A stretch of DNA of 64,000 nucleotides, taken from Eledone cirrhosa. Taxonomy: Eukaryota. The DNA is taken from NCBI GenBank assembly GCA_964016885.1, contig OZ024740.1:19158001-19222000 (forward strand), given 5' to 3'. A program made the position numbers and the translations under genes. Positions within the stretch are counted from its first letter, which is position 1. Each line of letters begins with the position of its first letter. Under the pieces are notes generated by a model, which did no database searches, was not told where the DNA came from, and saw only the letters and a program-made list of their open reading frames with translations. Positions 40,501-57,900 of the stretch are shown here, one piece after another.

Positions 40501-43500
40501 CACCACCAACACTGTCTTACCACCAACACTACCTTACCACCAACACTACCTTACCACCAACACTGTCTTACCACCAACACTACCTTACCACCAACACTAT
40601 CTTACCACCAACACTACCTTACCACCAACACTGTCTTACCACCAACACTACCTTACCACCAACACTTCCTTACCACCAACACTATCTTACCACCTACACT
40701 ACCTTACCACCAACACTGTCTTACCACCAACACTACCTTACCACCAACACTATCTTACCACCAACACTACCTTACCACCAACACTGTCTTACCACCAACA
40801 CTACCTTACCACCAACACTATCTTACCACCAACACTACCTTACCACCAACACTGTCTTACCACCAACACTACCTTACCACCAACACTACCTTACTACCAA
40901 CACTACCTTACCACCAACACTACCTTACCACCAACACTACCTTACCACCAACACTACCTTACCACCAACACTACCTTACCACCAACCCTACCTTACCACC
41001 AACACTACCTTACCACCAACACTATCTTACCACCAACACTACCTTACCACCAACACTACCTTACCACCAACACTACCTTACCACCAACACTACCTTACCA
41101 CCAACACTACCTTACCACCAACACTGTCTTACCACCAACACTACCTTACCACCAACACTACCTTACTACCAACACTACCTTACCACCAACACTACCTTAC
41201 CACCAACACTACCTTACCACCAACACTACCTTACCACCAACACTACCTTACCACCAACACTACCTTACCACTAACACTACCTTACCACCAACACTACCCT
41301 ACCACCAACACTACCTTACCACCAACACTATCTTACCACCAACACTACCTTACCACCAACACTGTCTTACCACCAACACTACCTTACCACCAACACTATC
41401 TTACCACCAACACTATCTTACCACCAACACTACCTTACCCCCAACACTGTCTTACCACCAACCCTACCTTACCACCAACACTACCTTACCACCAACACTA
41501 TCTTACCACCAACCCTACCTTAGCACCAACACTGTCTTACCACCAACACTACCTTACCACCAATACTACCTTACCACCAACACTACCTTACCACCAACAC
41601 TACCTTACCACCAACACTACCTTACCACCAACACTACCTTACCACTAACACTACCTTACCACCAACACTACCCTACCACCAACACTACCTTACCACCAAC
41701 ACTGTCTTACCACCAACACTACCTTACCACCAACACTATCTTACCACCAACACTACCTTACCACCAACACTGTCTTACCACCAACACTACCTTACCACCA
41801 ACACTACCTTACCACCAACACTACCTTACTACCAACACTACCTTACCACCAACAATACCTTACCACCAACACTGTCTTACCACCAACACTACCTTACCAC
41901 CAACACTGTCTTACCACCAACACTACCTTACCACCAACACTACCTTACCACCAACACTACCTTACCACTAACACTACCTTACCACCAACACTACCCTACC
42001 ACCAACACTACCTTACCACCAACACTGTCTTACCACCAACACTACCTTACCACCAACACTATCTTACCACCAACACTACCTTACCACCAACACTGTCTTA
42101 CCACCAACACTACCTTACCACCAACACTACCTTACCACCAACACTGTCTTACCACCAACACTACCTTACCACCAACACTACCTTACCACCAACACTACCT
42201 TACCACCAACACTGTCTTACCACCAACACTACCTTACCACCAACACTACCTTACCAACAACACTACCTTACTACCAACACTACCTTACCACCAACACTAC
42301 CTTACCACCAACACTACCTTACCACCAACACTACCTTACCACCAACACTATCTTACCACCAACACTACCTTACTACCTACACTACCTTACCACCAACACT
42401 ACCTTACCATCAACACTACCTTACCACCAACACTACCTTACCACCAACACTACCTTACCACCAACACTACCTTACCACCAACACTAACTTACCACTAACA
42501 CTACCTTACCACCAACACTGTCTTAACACCAACACTATCTTACCACCAACACTACCATACCACCAACACTATCTTACCACCAACACTACCTTACCACCAA
42601 CACTATCTTACCACCAACACTATCTTACCACCAACACTAACTTACCACCAACACTGTCTTACCACCACCCTACCTTACCACCAACACTACCTTACCACCA
42701 ACACTACCTTACCACCGACACTGTCTTACCACCAACACTACCTTACCACCAACACTATCTTACCACCAACACTACCTTACCACCAACACTGTCTTATCAC
42801 CAACACTACCTTACCACCAACACTACCTTACCACCAACATTACCTTTCTACCAACACTACCTTACCACCAACACTACCTCACCACCAACACTGTCTTACC
42901 ACCAACACTACCTTACCACCAACACTACCTTACCACCAACACTGTCTTACCACCAACACTACCTTACCACCAACACTATCTTACCACCAACACTACCTTA
43001 CCACCAATACTGTCTTACCACCAACACTACCTTACCACCAACACTTCCTTACCACCAACACTATCTTACCACCTACACTACCTTACCACCAACACTGTCT
43101 TACCACCAACACGACCTTACCACCAACACTATCTTACCACCAACACTACCTTACCAACAACACTGTCTTACCACCAACACTACCTTACCACCAACACTAC
43201 CTTACTACCAACACTACCTTACCACCAACACTACCTTACCACCAACACTACCTTACCACCAACACTACCTTACCACCAACACTACCTTACCACCAACCCT
43301 ACCTTACCACCAACACTACCTTACCACCAACACTATCTTACCACCAACACTACCTTACCACCAACACTACCTTACCACCAACACTACCTTACCACCAACA
43401 CTACCTTACCACCAACACTACCTTACCACCAACACTGTCTTACCACCAACACTACCTTACCACCAACACTACCTTACTACCAACACTACCTTACCACCAA

Positions 43501-44000
43501 CACTACCTTACCACAAACACTACCTTACCACCAACACTACCTTACCACCAACACTACCTTACCACCAACACTACCTTACCACTAACACTACCTTACCACC
43601 AACACTACCCTACCACCAACACTACCTTACCACCAACACTATCTTACCACCAACACTACCTTACCACCAACACTGTCTTACCACCAACACTACCTTACCA
43701 CCAACACTATCTTACCACCAACACTATCTTACCACCAACACTACCTTACCACCAACACTGTCTTACCACCAACCCTACCTTACCACCAACCCTACCTTAC
43801 CACCAACACTACCTTACCACCAACACTATCTTACCACCAACCCTACCTTACCACCAACACTGTCTTACCACCAACACTACCTTACCACCAATACTACCTT
43901 ACCACCAACACTACCTTACCACCAACACTACCTTACCACCAACACTGTCTTACCACCAACACTACCTTACCACCAACACTGTCTTACCACCAACTCTACC
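34600..44000. repeat. Higher-order repeat B: 2.2-2.7-kb unit, ~4 copies, built from low-divergence monomers
   Basis: ctatagtacc...ccaccgtcact occurs at 34611 and 37298 (2687 bp apart). The cacttcctt variant occurs at ~35750, 38437, 40666, 43045. Confidence 0.8.
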
Positions 44001-47000
44001 TTACCACCAACACTACCTTAACACCAACACTATCTTACCACCTACACTACCTTACCACCAACCCTACCTTACCACCAACACTACCTTACCACCAACACTA
44101 TCTTACAACCAACACTACCTTACCACCAACACTGTCTTACCACCAACACTACCTTACCACCAACACTACCTTACCACCAACACTACCTTACCACCAACAC
44201 TACCTTACCACCAACACTGTCTTACCACCAACACTACCTTACCACCAACACTGTCTTACCACCAACCCTACCTTACCACCAACACTACCTTACCACCAAC
44301 ACTATCTTACCACCAACACTATCTTACAACCAACACTACCTTACCACCAACACTACCTTACCACCAACACTACCTTACCACCAACACTACCTTACCACCA
44401 ACCCTACCTTACCACCAACACTACCTTACCACCAACACTATCTTACAACCAACACTACCTTACCACCAACACTGTCTTACCACCAACACTATCTTACCAC
44501 CAACACTATCTTACAACCAACACTACCTTACCATCAACACTACCTTACCACCAACACTACCTTACCACCAACACTACCTTACCACCAACACTACCTTACC
44601 ACCAACACTACCTTACCACCAACCCTACCTTACCACCAACACTACCTTACCACCAACACTATCTTACAACCAACACTACCTTACCACCAACACTGTCTTA
44701 CCACCAACACTATCTTACCACCAACACTACCTTACCACCAACACTACCTTACCACCTACACTGTCTTACCACCAACACTATCTTACCACCAACACTACCT
44801 TACCACCAACACTGTCTTACCACCAACACTATCTTACCACCAACACTACCTTACCACCAACCCTACCTTACCACCAACACTATCTTGCCACCAACACTAC
44901 CTTACAACCAACACTACCTTACCACCAACACTGTCTTACCACCAACACTATCTTACCACCAACACTATCTTACTACCAACACTACCTTACCACCAACACT
45001 ATCTTACAACCAACACTACCTTACCACCAACACTGTCTTACCACCAACACTATCTTACCACCAACACTATCTTACTACCAACACTACCTTACCACCAACA
45101 CTATCTTACAACCAACACTACCTTACCACCAACACTGTCTTACCACCAACACTATCTTACCACCAACACTATCTTACAACCAACACTATCTTACAACCAA
45201 CACTACCTTACCATCAACACTACCTTACCACCAACACTAACTTACCACCAACACTATCTTACCACCAACACTATCTTACAACCAACACTACCTTACCATC
45301 AACACTACCTTACCACCAACACTACCTTACCACCAACACTACCTTACCACCAACACTATCTTACAACCAACACTACCTTACCACCAACACTACCTTACCA
45401 CCAACACTGTCTTACCACCAACACTACCTTACCACCAACACTACCTTACTACCAACACTACCTTACCACCAACACTACCTTACCACCAACACTACCTTAC
45501 CACCAACACTGTCTTACCACCAACACTACCTTACCACCAACACTGTCTTACCACCAACCCTACCTTACCACCAACACTACCTTACCACCAACACTATCTT
45601 ACCACCAACACTATCTTACAACCAACACTACCTTACCACCAACACTGTCTTACCACCAACACTACCTTACCACCAACACTGTCTTACCACCAACCCTACC
45701 TTTCCACCAACACTACCTTTCCACCAACACTACCTTACCACCAACACTACCTTACCACCAACACTATCTTACCACCAACACTACCTTACCACCAACACTG
45801 TCTTACCACCAACCCTACCTTACCACCAACACTATCTTACCTCCAACACTGTCTTAGCACCAACACTACCTTACCACTAACACTACCTTTCCACCAACAC
45901 TACCTTACCACCAACACTGTCTTACCACCAACACTGTTTTACCACCAACACTATCTTACCACCAACACTATCTTACCACCAACACTACCTTAAAACCAAC
46001 ACTACCTTACCACCAACACTACCTTAACACACACACTACATTACCACCTACACTACCTTACCACCAACACTACCTTACCACCAACACTACCTTACCACCA
46101 ACACTACCTTACCACCAACACTATATTACCACCAACATTGTCTTACCACCAACACTATCTTACCACGAACACTACCTTATCACCATCACTAACTTACAAC
46201 CAACACTATCTTACCACGAACACTGTCTTACCAACAACATTACATTACCACCAAAACTACCTTACCACCAACACTACCTTACCACCAACACTACCTTACC
46301 ACCAACACTATCTTACCACCAACACTACCTTAACACCAACACTACCTTACCACAAACACTATCTTACCACCAACACTGTCTTACCAACAACACTATCTTA
46401 CCACCAACACTACCTTACCACCAACACTATCTTACCACCAACAATATCTTACCACCAACACTACGTTACCACCAACACTGTCTTACCACCAGCACTACCT
46501 TACCACCAACACTGTCTTACCACCTACACAATTTTACCACCAACACTGTCTTACCACCAACACTACCTTACCACCTACACTACCTTACCACCAACACTGT
46601 CTTACCACCATCATTATATTACCACCAACACTATATTACCACCAACACTACATTAACAACCTACACTACCTTAGCACCAACACTATCTTACCACCAACAC
46701 TGTCTTACCACCAACAATGTCTTACCACCAACACTATCTTACCACCAACACTACGTTACCACCAACACTACGTTACCATCAACACTGACATACCACCAAC
46801 ACTGTCTTACCACCAAACTATCTTACCACCAACACTACCTTACCACCAACACTACCTTACCACCATCACTAACTTACAACCAACACTATCTTACCACGAA
46901 CACTGTCTTACCACCAACACTAACTTACCAGCAACAATACCTTACCAACAACACTACCTTACCACCAACACAATCTTACCACCAACACTACATTACCACC

Positions 47001-48049
47001 AACACGGTCTTACCACCTACACTACTTTACCACCAACACTACGTTACCACCAACACTACCTTACTAAAAACACTACGTTACCACCAACACTGTTTTACCA
47101 CCAACACTGTTTTACCACCAACACTATCTTACCACCAACACTATCTTACCACCAACACTACCTACCACCAACACTACCATACCACCAACACTACCTTACC
47201 ACCAACACTACCTTACCACTAACACTACCTTACCACCAACACTGTCTGTACCACCAACATTGTCTTACCACCAACACTGTCTTACCACCAACACTATCTT
47301 ACCACCAACACTATCTTACCACCAACACTATCTTACCACCAACACTATCTTACCACCAACACTACCTTACAACTAACACTACCTTACCACCAACACTAAC
47401 TTACCACCAACACTACCTTACCACCAACACTATCTTACCATAACCACTACCTTACCACCAACACTACCTTACAACCTACACTACCTTACCACCAAAACTG
47501 TCTTACCACCAACACTACCTTAAAACACACGCTACATTACCACCTACACTACCTTACCACCAACACTGTCTTACCACCAACACTACCTTACCACCAACAC
47601 TACCTTACCGCCAACACTACCTTACCACCAACACTACCTTACCACCTACACTACCTTACCACCAACACTGTCTTACCACCAACACTGTCTTACCACCAAC
47701 ACTACCTTACCACCAACACTGTCTTACCACCAACACTATATTACCACCAACACTACCTTACCACCAACACTGACTTACCACCAACACTACCTTACCACCA
47801 AAACTACCTTAACACACACACTACATTACCACCTGCACTAGCTTACCACCAACACTGTCTTACCACCAACACTACCTTACCACCAACACTACCTTACCAC
47901 CAACACTATCTTACCACCAACACTACCTTACCACCAACACTGTCTTACCACCTACACTACTTTACCACGAACACTACGTTACCACCAACATTACGTTACC
48001 ACCAACACTACGTTACCACCAACACTACGTTACCACCAACACTATCTTA

Positions 48050-51000
48050 CCACCAACATTGTCTTAAAACCAACACTACCTTACCACCAACACTAAATTC
48101 CCACCTACACTACCTTACCACCAACACTATCTTATGACCAACACTACCTTACCACCAACACTGTTTTACCACCAACACTGTTTTACCACCAACACTATCT
48201 TACCACCAACACTACATTAACACCTACACTACCTTACCACCAACACTACCTTACTACCTACACTACTTTACAACCAACACTACGTTACCACCAACACTAC
48301 CTTACTAACAACACTACGTTACCACCAACACTGTTTTACCACCAACACTGTTTTACCACCAACACTATCTTACCACCAACACTATTTTACCACCCACACT
48401 ACCTTAAAACCAACACTACCATACCACCAACACTACCTTAACACACACACTACATTACCACCTACACTACCTTACCACCAACACTGTCTTACCACCAACA
48501 CTACCTTACCACCAACACTGTCTTACCACCAACACTATATTACCACCAACACTATATTACCACCAACACTACATTAACACCTACACTACCTTACCACCAA
48601 CACTACCTTACCACCAACATTGTCTTAAAACCAACACTACCTTACCACCAATACTATCTTACCACCAACACTATCTTACCACAAACACTATCTTACCACC
48701 AACACTACCTTACCACCAACACTACCTTACCACCAACACTACCTTACCACCTACACTACTTTACCACCAACACTACGTTACCACCAACACTACCTTACTA
48801 ACAACACTACGTTACCACCAACACTGTTTTACCACCAACACTGTTTTACCACCAACACTATCTTACCACCAACACTATCTTACCACCAACACTACCTTAA
48901 AACCAACACTACCATACCACCAACACTACCTTAACACACACACTACATTACCACCTACACTACCTTACCACCAACACTGTCTTTCCACCAATACTACCTT
49001 ACCCCCAACACTACCTTACCACCAACACTGTCTTACCACCAACACTATATTACCACCAACACTATATTACCACCAACACTCCATTAACACCTACACTACC
49101 TTACCACCAACATAACCTTACCACGAACACTATCTTACCACCAACACTACCTTACCACGAACACTATCTTAAAACCAACACTACCTGACCACCAACACTG
49201 TCTTACCACCAACACTACCTTACCACCAACACTGTCTTACCACCAACACTATCTTACCACCAACACTACCTTACCTACAACACTACCTTACCACCAACAC
49301 TGTCTTACCACCAACACTGTTTTACCACCAACACTGTTTTACCACCAACACTATCTTACCACCAACACTATCTTACCACCAACACTACCTTAAAACCAAC
49401 ACTACCATACCACCAACACTACCTTAACACACACACTACATTACCACCTACACTAACTTACCACCAACACTGTCTTACCACCAACACTACCTTACCACCA
49501 ACACTGTCTTACCACCAACACTATATTACCACCAACACTATATTACCACCAACACTACATTAACACCTACACTACCTTACCACCAACACTACCTACCACC
49601 AACACTACCTAACCACGAACACTATCTTACCACCAACATTGTCTTAAAACCAACACTAACTTACCACCAACACTACCTTACCACCAACACTAAATTCCCA
49701 CCTACACTACCTTACCACCAACACTATCTTACCACCAACACAACCTTACCACCAACACTACCTTTCCATCATCACTAACTTACAACCAACACTATCTTAC
49801 CACGAACACTGTCTTATCACCAACACTAACTTACCAGCAACAGAACCTTACCACCAACACTACCTTACCACTAACACAACCTTACCACCAAACTACCTTA
49901 CCACCTACACTAGCATACCACGAACACTATCTTACCACAATCAGTACCTTACCACCAACACTAGCTTACCACCAACACCACCTTAAGACCAACACTACCT
50001 TACCACCAACACTGTCTTAACACCAACACTACCTTACCACCAACACTACCTTACCACCAACACTATCTTACCACCAACACTACCTTGCCACCAACACTGT
50101 CTTACCACCAACACTAACTTACCACCAACACTGTCTTACCACCAACACTACCTTACCATCAACACTGTCTTACCACAAACACTACCTTACCACCAACACT
50201 ACCATACCACCAACACTACCTTAACACACACACTACATTACCACCTACACTACCTTACCACCAACACTGTCTTACCACCAATACTACCTTACCCCCAACA
50301 CTACCTTACCACCAACACTGTCTTACAACCAACACTATATTACCACCAACACTATATTACCACCAACACTACATTAACACCTACACTACCTTACCACCAA
50401 CATAAACTTACCACCAACACTACCTTACCACGAGCACTATCTTACCACCAACATTGTCTTACCACCAATACTACCTTACCCCCAACACTACCTTACCACC
50501 AACACTGTATTACCACCAACACTATATTACCACCAACACTATATTACCCCCAACACTACATTAACACCTACACTACCAAACCACCAACACTACCTTTACA
50601 CACACACTACATTACCACCTACACTACCTTACCACCAACACTGTCTTACCACCAATACTACCTTACCCCCAACACTACCTTACCATCAACACTGTCTTAC
50701 CACCAACACTATATTACCACCAACACTATATTACCACCAACACTACATTAACACCTACACTACCTTACCACCAACATAACCTTACCACCAACACTACCTT
50801 ACCACCAACACAACCTTACCACCAAACTACCTTACCACCTACACTAGCATACCACGAACACTATCTTACCACAATCAGTACCTTACCACCAACACTAGCT
50901 TACCACCAACACTACCTTAAGACCAACACTACCTTACCACCAACACTGTCTTAACACAAACACTACCTTACCACCAACACTACCTTACCACCAACACTAT

Positions 51001-54000
51001 CTTACCACCAACACTACCTTGCCACCAACACTGTCTTACCACCAACACTAACTTACCACCAACACTGTCTTACCACCAACACTACCTTACCATCAACACT
51101 GTCTTACCACAAACACTACCTTACCACCAACACTACCATACCACCAACACTACCTTAACACACACACTACATTACCACCTACACTACCTTACCACCAACA
51201 CTGTCTTACCACCAATACTACCTTACCCCCAACACTACCTTACCACCAACACTGTCTTACAACCAACACTATATTACCACCAACACTATATTACCACCAA
51301 CACTACATTAACACCTACACTACCTTACCACCAACATAAACTTACCACCAACACTACCTTACCACGAACACTATCTTACCACCAACATTGTCTTACCACC
51401 AATACTACCTTACCCCCCAACACTACCTTACCACCGACACTGTATTACCACCAACACTATATTACCACCAACACTATATTACCCCCAACACTACATTAAC
51501 ACGTACACTACCAAACCACCAACACTACCTTAACACACACACTACATTACCACCTACACTACCTTACCACCAACACTAAATTCCCACCTACACTACCTTA
51601 CCACCAACACTATCTTATGACCAACACTACCTTACCACCAACACTGTTTTACCACCAACAATGTTTTACCACCAACACTATCTTACCACCAACACTACAT
51701 TAACACCTACACTACCTTACCACCAACACTACCTTACTACCTACACTACTTTACAACCAACACTACGTTACCACCAACACTACCTTACTAACAACACTAC
51801 GTTACCACCAACACTGTTTTACCACCAACACTGTTTTACCACCAACACTATCTTACCACCAACACTATTTTACCACCCACACTACCTTAAAACCAACACT
51901 ACCATACCACCAACACTACCTTAACACACACACTACATTACCACCTACACTACCTTACCACCAACACTGTCTTACCACCAACACTACCTTACCACCAACA
52001 CTGTCTTACCACCAACACTATATTACCACCAACACTATATTACCACCAACACTACATTAACACCTACACTACCTTACCACCAACACTACCTTACCACCAA
52101 CATTGTCTTAAAACCAACACTACCTTACCACCAATACTATCTTACCACCAACACTATCTTACCACAAACATTATCTTACCACCAACACTACCTTACCACC
52201 AACACTACCTTACCACCAACACTACCTTACCACCAACACTACTTTACCACCAACACTACGTTACCACCAACACTACCTTACTAACAACACTACGTTACCA
52301 CCAACACTGTTTTACCACCAACACTGTTTTACCACCAACACTATCTTACCACCAACACTATCTTACCACCAACACTACCTTAAAACCAACACTACCATAC
52401 CACCAACACTACCTTAACACACACACTACATTACCACCTACACTACCTTACCACCAACACTGTCTTACCACCAATACTACCTTACCCCCAACACTACCTT
52501 ACCACCAACACTGTCTTACCACCAACACTATATTACCACCAACACTATATTACCACCAACACTCCATTAACACCTACACTACCTTACCACCAACATAACC
52601 TTACCACGAACACTATCTTACCACCAACACTACCTTACCACGAACACTATCTTAAAACCAACACTACCTGACCACCAACACTGTCTTACCACCAACACTA
52701 CCTTACCACCAACACTGTCTTACCACCAACACTATCTTACCACCAACACTACCTTACCTACAACACTACCTTACCACCAACACTGTCTTACCACCAACAC
52801 TGTTTTACCACCAACACTGTTTTACCACCAACACTATCTTACCACCAACACTATCTTACCACCAACACTACCTTAAAACCAACACTACCATACCACCAAC
52901 ACTACCTTAACACACACACTACATTACCACCTACACTAACTTACCACCAACACTGTCTTACCACCAACACTACCTTACCACCAACACTGTCTTACCACCA
53001 ACACTATATTACCACCAACACTATATTACCACCAACACTACATTAACACCTACACTACCTTACCACCAACACTACCTACCACCAACACTACCTAACCACG
53101 AACACTATCTTACCACCAACATTGTCTTAAAACCAACACTAACTTACCACCAACACTACCTTACCACCAACACTAAATTCCCACCTACACTACCTTACCA
53201 CCAACACTATCTTACCACCAACACAACCTTACCACCAACACTACCTTTCCATCATCACTAACTTACAACCAACACTATCTTACCACGAACACTGTCTTAT
53301 CACCAACACTAACTTACCAGCAACAGAACCTTACCACCAACACTACCTTACCACTAACACAACCTTACCACCAAACTACCTTACCACCTACACTAGCATA
53401 CCACGAACACTATCTTACCACAATCAGTACCTTACCACCAACACTAGCTTACCACCAACACTACCTTAAGACCAACACTACCTTACCACCAACACTGTCT
53501 TAACACCAACACTACCTTACCACCAACACTACCTTACCACCAACACTATCTTACAACCAACACTACCTTGCCACCAACACTGTCTTACCACCAACACTAA
53601 CTTACCACCAACACTGTCTTACCACCAACACTACCTTACCATCAACACTGTCTTACCACAAACACTACCTTACCACCAACACTACCATACCACCAACACT
53701 ACCTTAACACACACACTACATTACCACCTACACTACCTTACCACCAACACTGTCTTACCACCAATACTACCTTACCCCCAACACTACCTTACCACCAACA
53801 CTGTCTTACAACCAACACTATATTACCACCAACACTATATTACCACCAACACTACATTAACACCTACACTACCTTACCACCAACATAAACTTACCACCAA
53901 CACTACCTTACCACGAACACTATCTTACCACCAACATTGTCTTACCACCAATACTACCTTACCCCCAACACTACCTTACCACCAACACTGTATTACCACC

Positions 54001-54900
54001 AACACTATATTACCACCAACACTATATTACCCCCAACACTACATTAACACCTACACTACCAAACCACCAACACTACCTTAACACACACACTACATTACCA
54101 CCTACACTACCTTACCACCAACACTGTCTTACCACCAAAACTATATTACCACCAACACTATATTACCACCAACACTACATTAACACCTACACTACCTTAC
54201 CACCAACATAACCTTACCACCAACACTACCTTACCACCAACACTGTCTTACCACCAACACTACCTTACCACCAACACTGTCTTACCACCAACACTATCTT
54301 ACCACCAACACTATCTTACCACCAACACTACCTTACCTCCAACACTACCTTACCACCAACACTGTCTTACCACCAACACTGTTTTACCACCAACACTATC
54401 TTACCACCAACACTATCTTACCACCAACACTATCTTACCACCAACACTACCTTAAAACCAACACTACCATACCACCAACACTACCTTAACACACACACTA
54501 CATTACCACCTACACTACCTTACCACCAACACTGTCTTACCACCAACACTACCTTACCACCAACACTGTCTTACCACCAACACTATATTACCACCAACAC
54601 TATATTACCACCAACACTACATTAACACCTACACTACCTTACCACCAACACTATCTACCACCAACACTACCTTACCACGAACACTATCTTACCACCAACA
54701 TTGTCTTAAAACCAACACTACCTTACCACCAACACTAACTTACCAGCAACAGAACCTTACCACCAACACTACCTTACCACCAACACAACCTTACCACCAA
54801 ACTACCTTACCACCTACACTAGCATACCACGAACACTATCTTACCACCATCAGTACCTTACCACCAACACTAGCTTACCACCAACACTACCTTAAGACCA
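48050..54900. repeat. Higher-order repeat C: ~3.48-kb duplication plus partial copies
   Basis: cttatgacca at 48131 and 51614, and cagaacctta at 49841 and 53324; both pairs are 3483 bp apart. Confidence 0.8.
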
Positions 54901-57900
54901 ACACTACATTACCACCAACACTACCTTACCACCAACACTGTCTTAACACCAACACTACCTTACCACCAACACTGTCTTAACACCAACACTACCTTACCAC
55001 CAACACTATCTTACCACTAACACTATCTTAACACCAACACTACCTGACCACCAACACTTTCTTACCACCAACAGTACCTTACCACCAACACTACCTTATC
55101 ACAAACACTACTTTACCACCAACACTATCTTACCACTAACACTATCGTACCACCAACACTATCTTACCACCAACACTACCTTACCACCAACACTGTCTTA
55201 CCACCAACACTGTCTTACCACCAACACTACCTTACCACCAACACTGTCTTACCACAAACACTACCTTACCACCAACACTATCTTACCACCAACACTGTTT
55301 AACCACCAACACTACCTTACCACCTACACTATCTTACCACCAACACTAGCTTACCACCAACACTACCTTACCACCAACACTGTCTTACCACCAACATTAC
55401 CTTACCACCAACACTATCTTACCACCAACACTACCTTACCACCAACACTATCTTACCACCAACTCTATCTTACCACCAACACTACATTACCACAAACACT
55501 ACCTTACCACCAACACTGTCTTACCACCAACATTACCTTACCACCAACACTATCTTACCACCAACACTACCTTACCACCAACACTATCTTACCACCAACT
55601 CTATCTTACCACCAACACTACATTACCACAAACTTTACCTTACCCCCAACACTGCCTTAAGACCAACACTACATTACCACCAACACTACCTTACCACCAA
55701 CACCACCTTACCACCGACACTACCTTACCACCGACACTGTCTTACCACCAACATTACCTTACCACCAACACTACCTTACTACCAACACTATCTTACCACC
55801 AACACTACCTTACCACCAACACTACCTTACCACCAACACTGTCTTACCACCAACACTATCTTACCACCCACACTGTCTTACCACCAACACTACATTACCA
55901 CAAACACTACCTTACCACCAACACTACCTTACCACCAACACTACCTTACCACCGACACTGTCTTACCACCAACACTACCTTACCACGACACTACCTTACC
56001 ATCGACACTGTCTTACCACCAACACTACATTACCACCAACACTACCTTACCACCAACACTACCTTACCACCGACTACCTTACCACCGACACTGTCTTCCC
56101 ACCAACACTACCTTACCACCAATACTACCTTACCACCAACACTACCTTACCACCAACACTACCTTACCACCACACTATCTTACCACCGACACTGTCTTAC
56201 CACCAACACTACCTTACCACCAGCACTACCTTACCACCAACACTACCATACCACCAACACTACCTTACCACCAACACTACCTTACCACCAACACTACCTT
56301 ACCACCAACACTACCTTACTACCAACACTACCTTACCACCAACACTACCTTACCACCAACACTACCTACCACCAACACTACCTTACCACTAACCCTATCT
56401 TACCACCAACTCTACCTTACAACCAACACTACCTTACCACCAACACTATCTTACAACAAACACTACCTTACCACCAACACTATCTTACCACCAACACTAC
56501 CTTACCACCAACACTACCTTACCACCAACACTACCTTACCACCAACACTACCTTACTACCAACACTACCTTACCACCAACACTACCTTACCACCAACACT
56601 ACCTTACCACTAACCCTATCTTACCACCAACTCTACCTTACCACCAACGCTACCTTAACACCAACACTACCTTACCACCAACACTATCTTACCACAAACA
56701 CTACCTTACCACCAACACTATCTTACCAACAACACTACCTTACCACCAACCCTACCTTACCACCAACACTACCTTACCACCAACACTATCTTACCACCAA
56801 CACTACCTTACCAACAACACTACCTTACCACCAACACTACCTACCACCAACACTACCTTACCATTAACACTATCTTACCACCAACTCTACCTTACCACCA
56901 ACACTACCTTAACACCAACACTACCTACCACCAACACTATCTTACCACCAACACTACCTTACCACCAACCCTACCTTACCACCAACACTACCTTACCAAT
57001 AACACTATCTTACCACCAACACTACCTTACCACCAACACTATCTTACCACCAACACTATCTTACCACCAACACTACCCTACCACCAACACTACCTTACCA
57101 CCAACACAGTCTTACCAACAACACCATCTTACCACCAACACTACCTTACCACCAACACTGTCTTACCACCAACACTACCTTACAAACCAACACTGTCTTA
57201 CCACCAACACTATCATACCACCAACTCTATCTTACCACCAACACTACATTACCACAAACACTACTTTACCACCAACACTGTCTTACCACCAACATTACCT
57301 TACCACCAACACTATCTTACCACCAACACTACCTTACCACCAACACTACCTTACCACCAACACTACCTACCACCAACACTACCTTACCACTAACCCTATC
57401 TTACCACCAACTCTACCTTACCACCAACACTACCTTAACACCAACACTACCTACCACCAACACTATCTTACCCCAAACACTACCTTACCACCAACACTAT
57501 CTTACCACCAACACTACCTTACCACCAACCCTACCTTACCACCAATACTACCTTACCACTAACACTATCTTACCACCAACACTACCTTACCACCAACACT
57601 ATCTTACCACCAACACTATCTTACCACCAACACTACCCTACCACCAACACTACCTTACCACCAACACAGTCTTACCAACAACACCATCTTACCACCAACA
57701 CTACCTTACCACCAACACTGTCTTACCACCAACACTACCTTACAAACCAACACTGTCTTACCACCAACACTACCTTACTACCAACACTGTCTTACCACCA
57801 ACACTGTCTTACCACCAACACTATCTTACCGGCAACACTATCTTACCACCAAAACTACCTTACCACCAACACTGTCTTACCACCAACACTACCTTACCAC

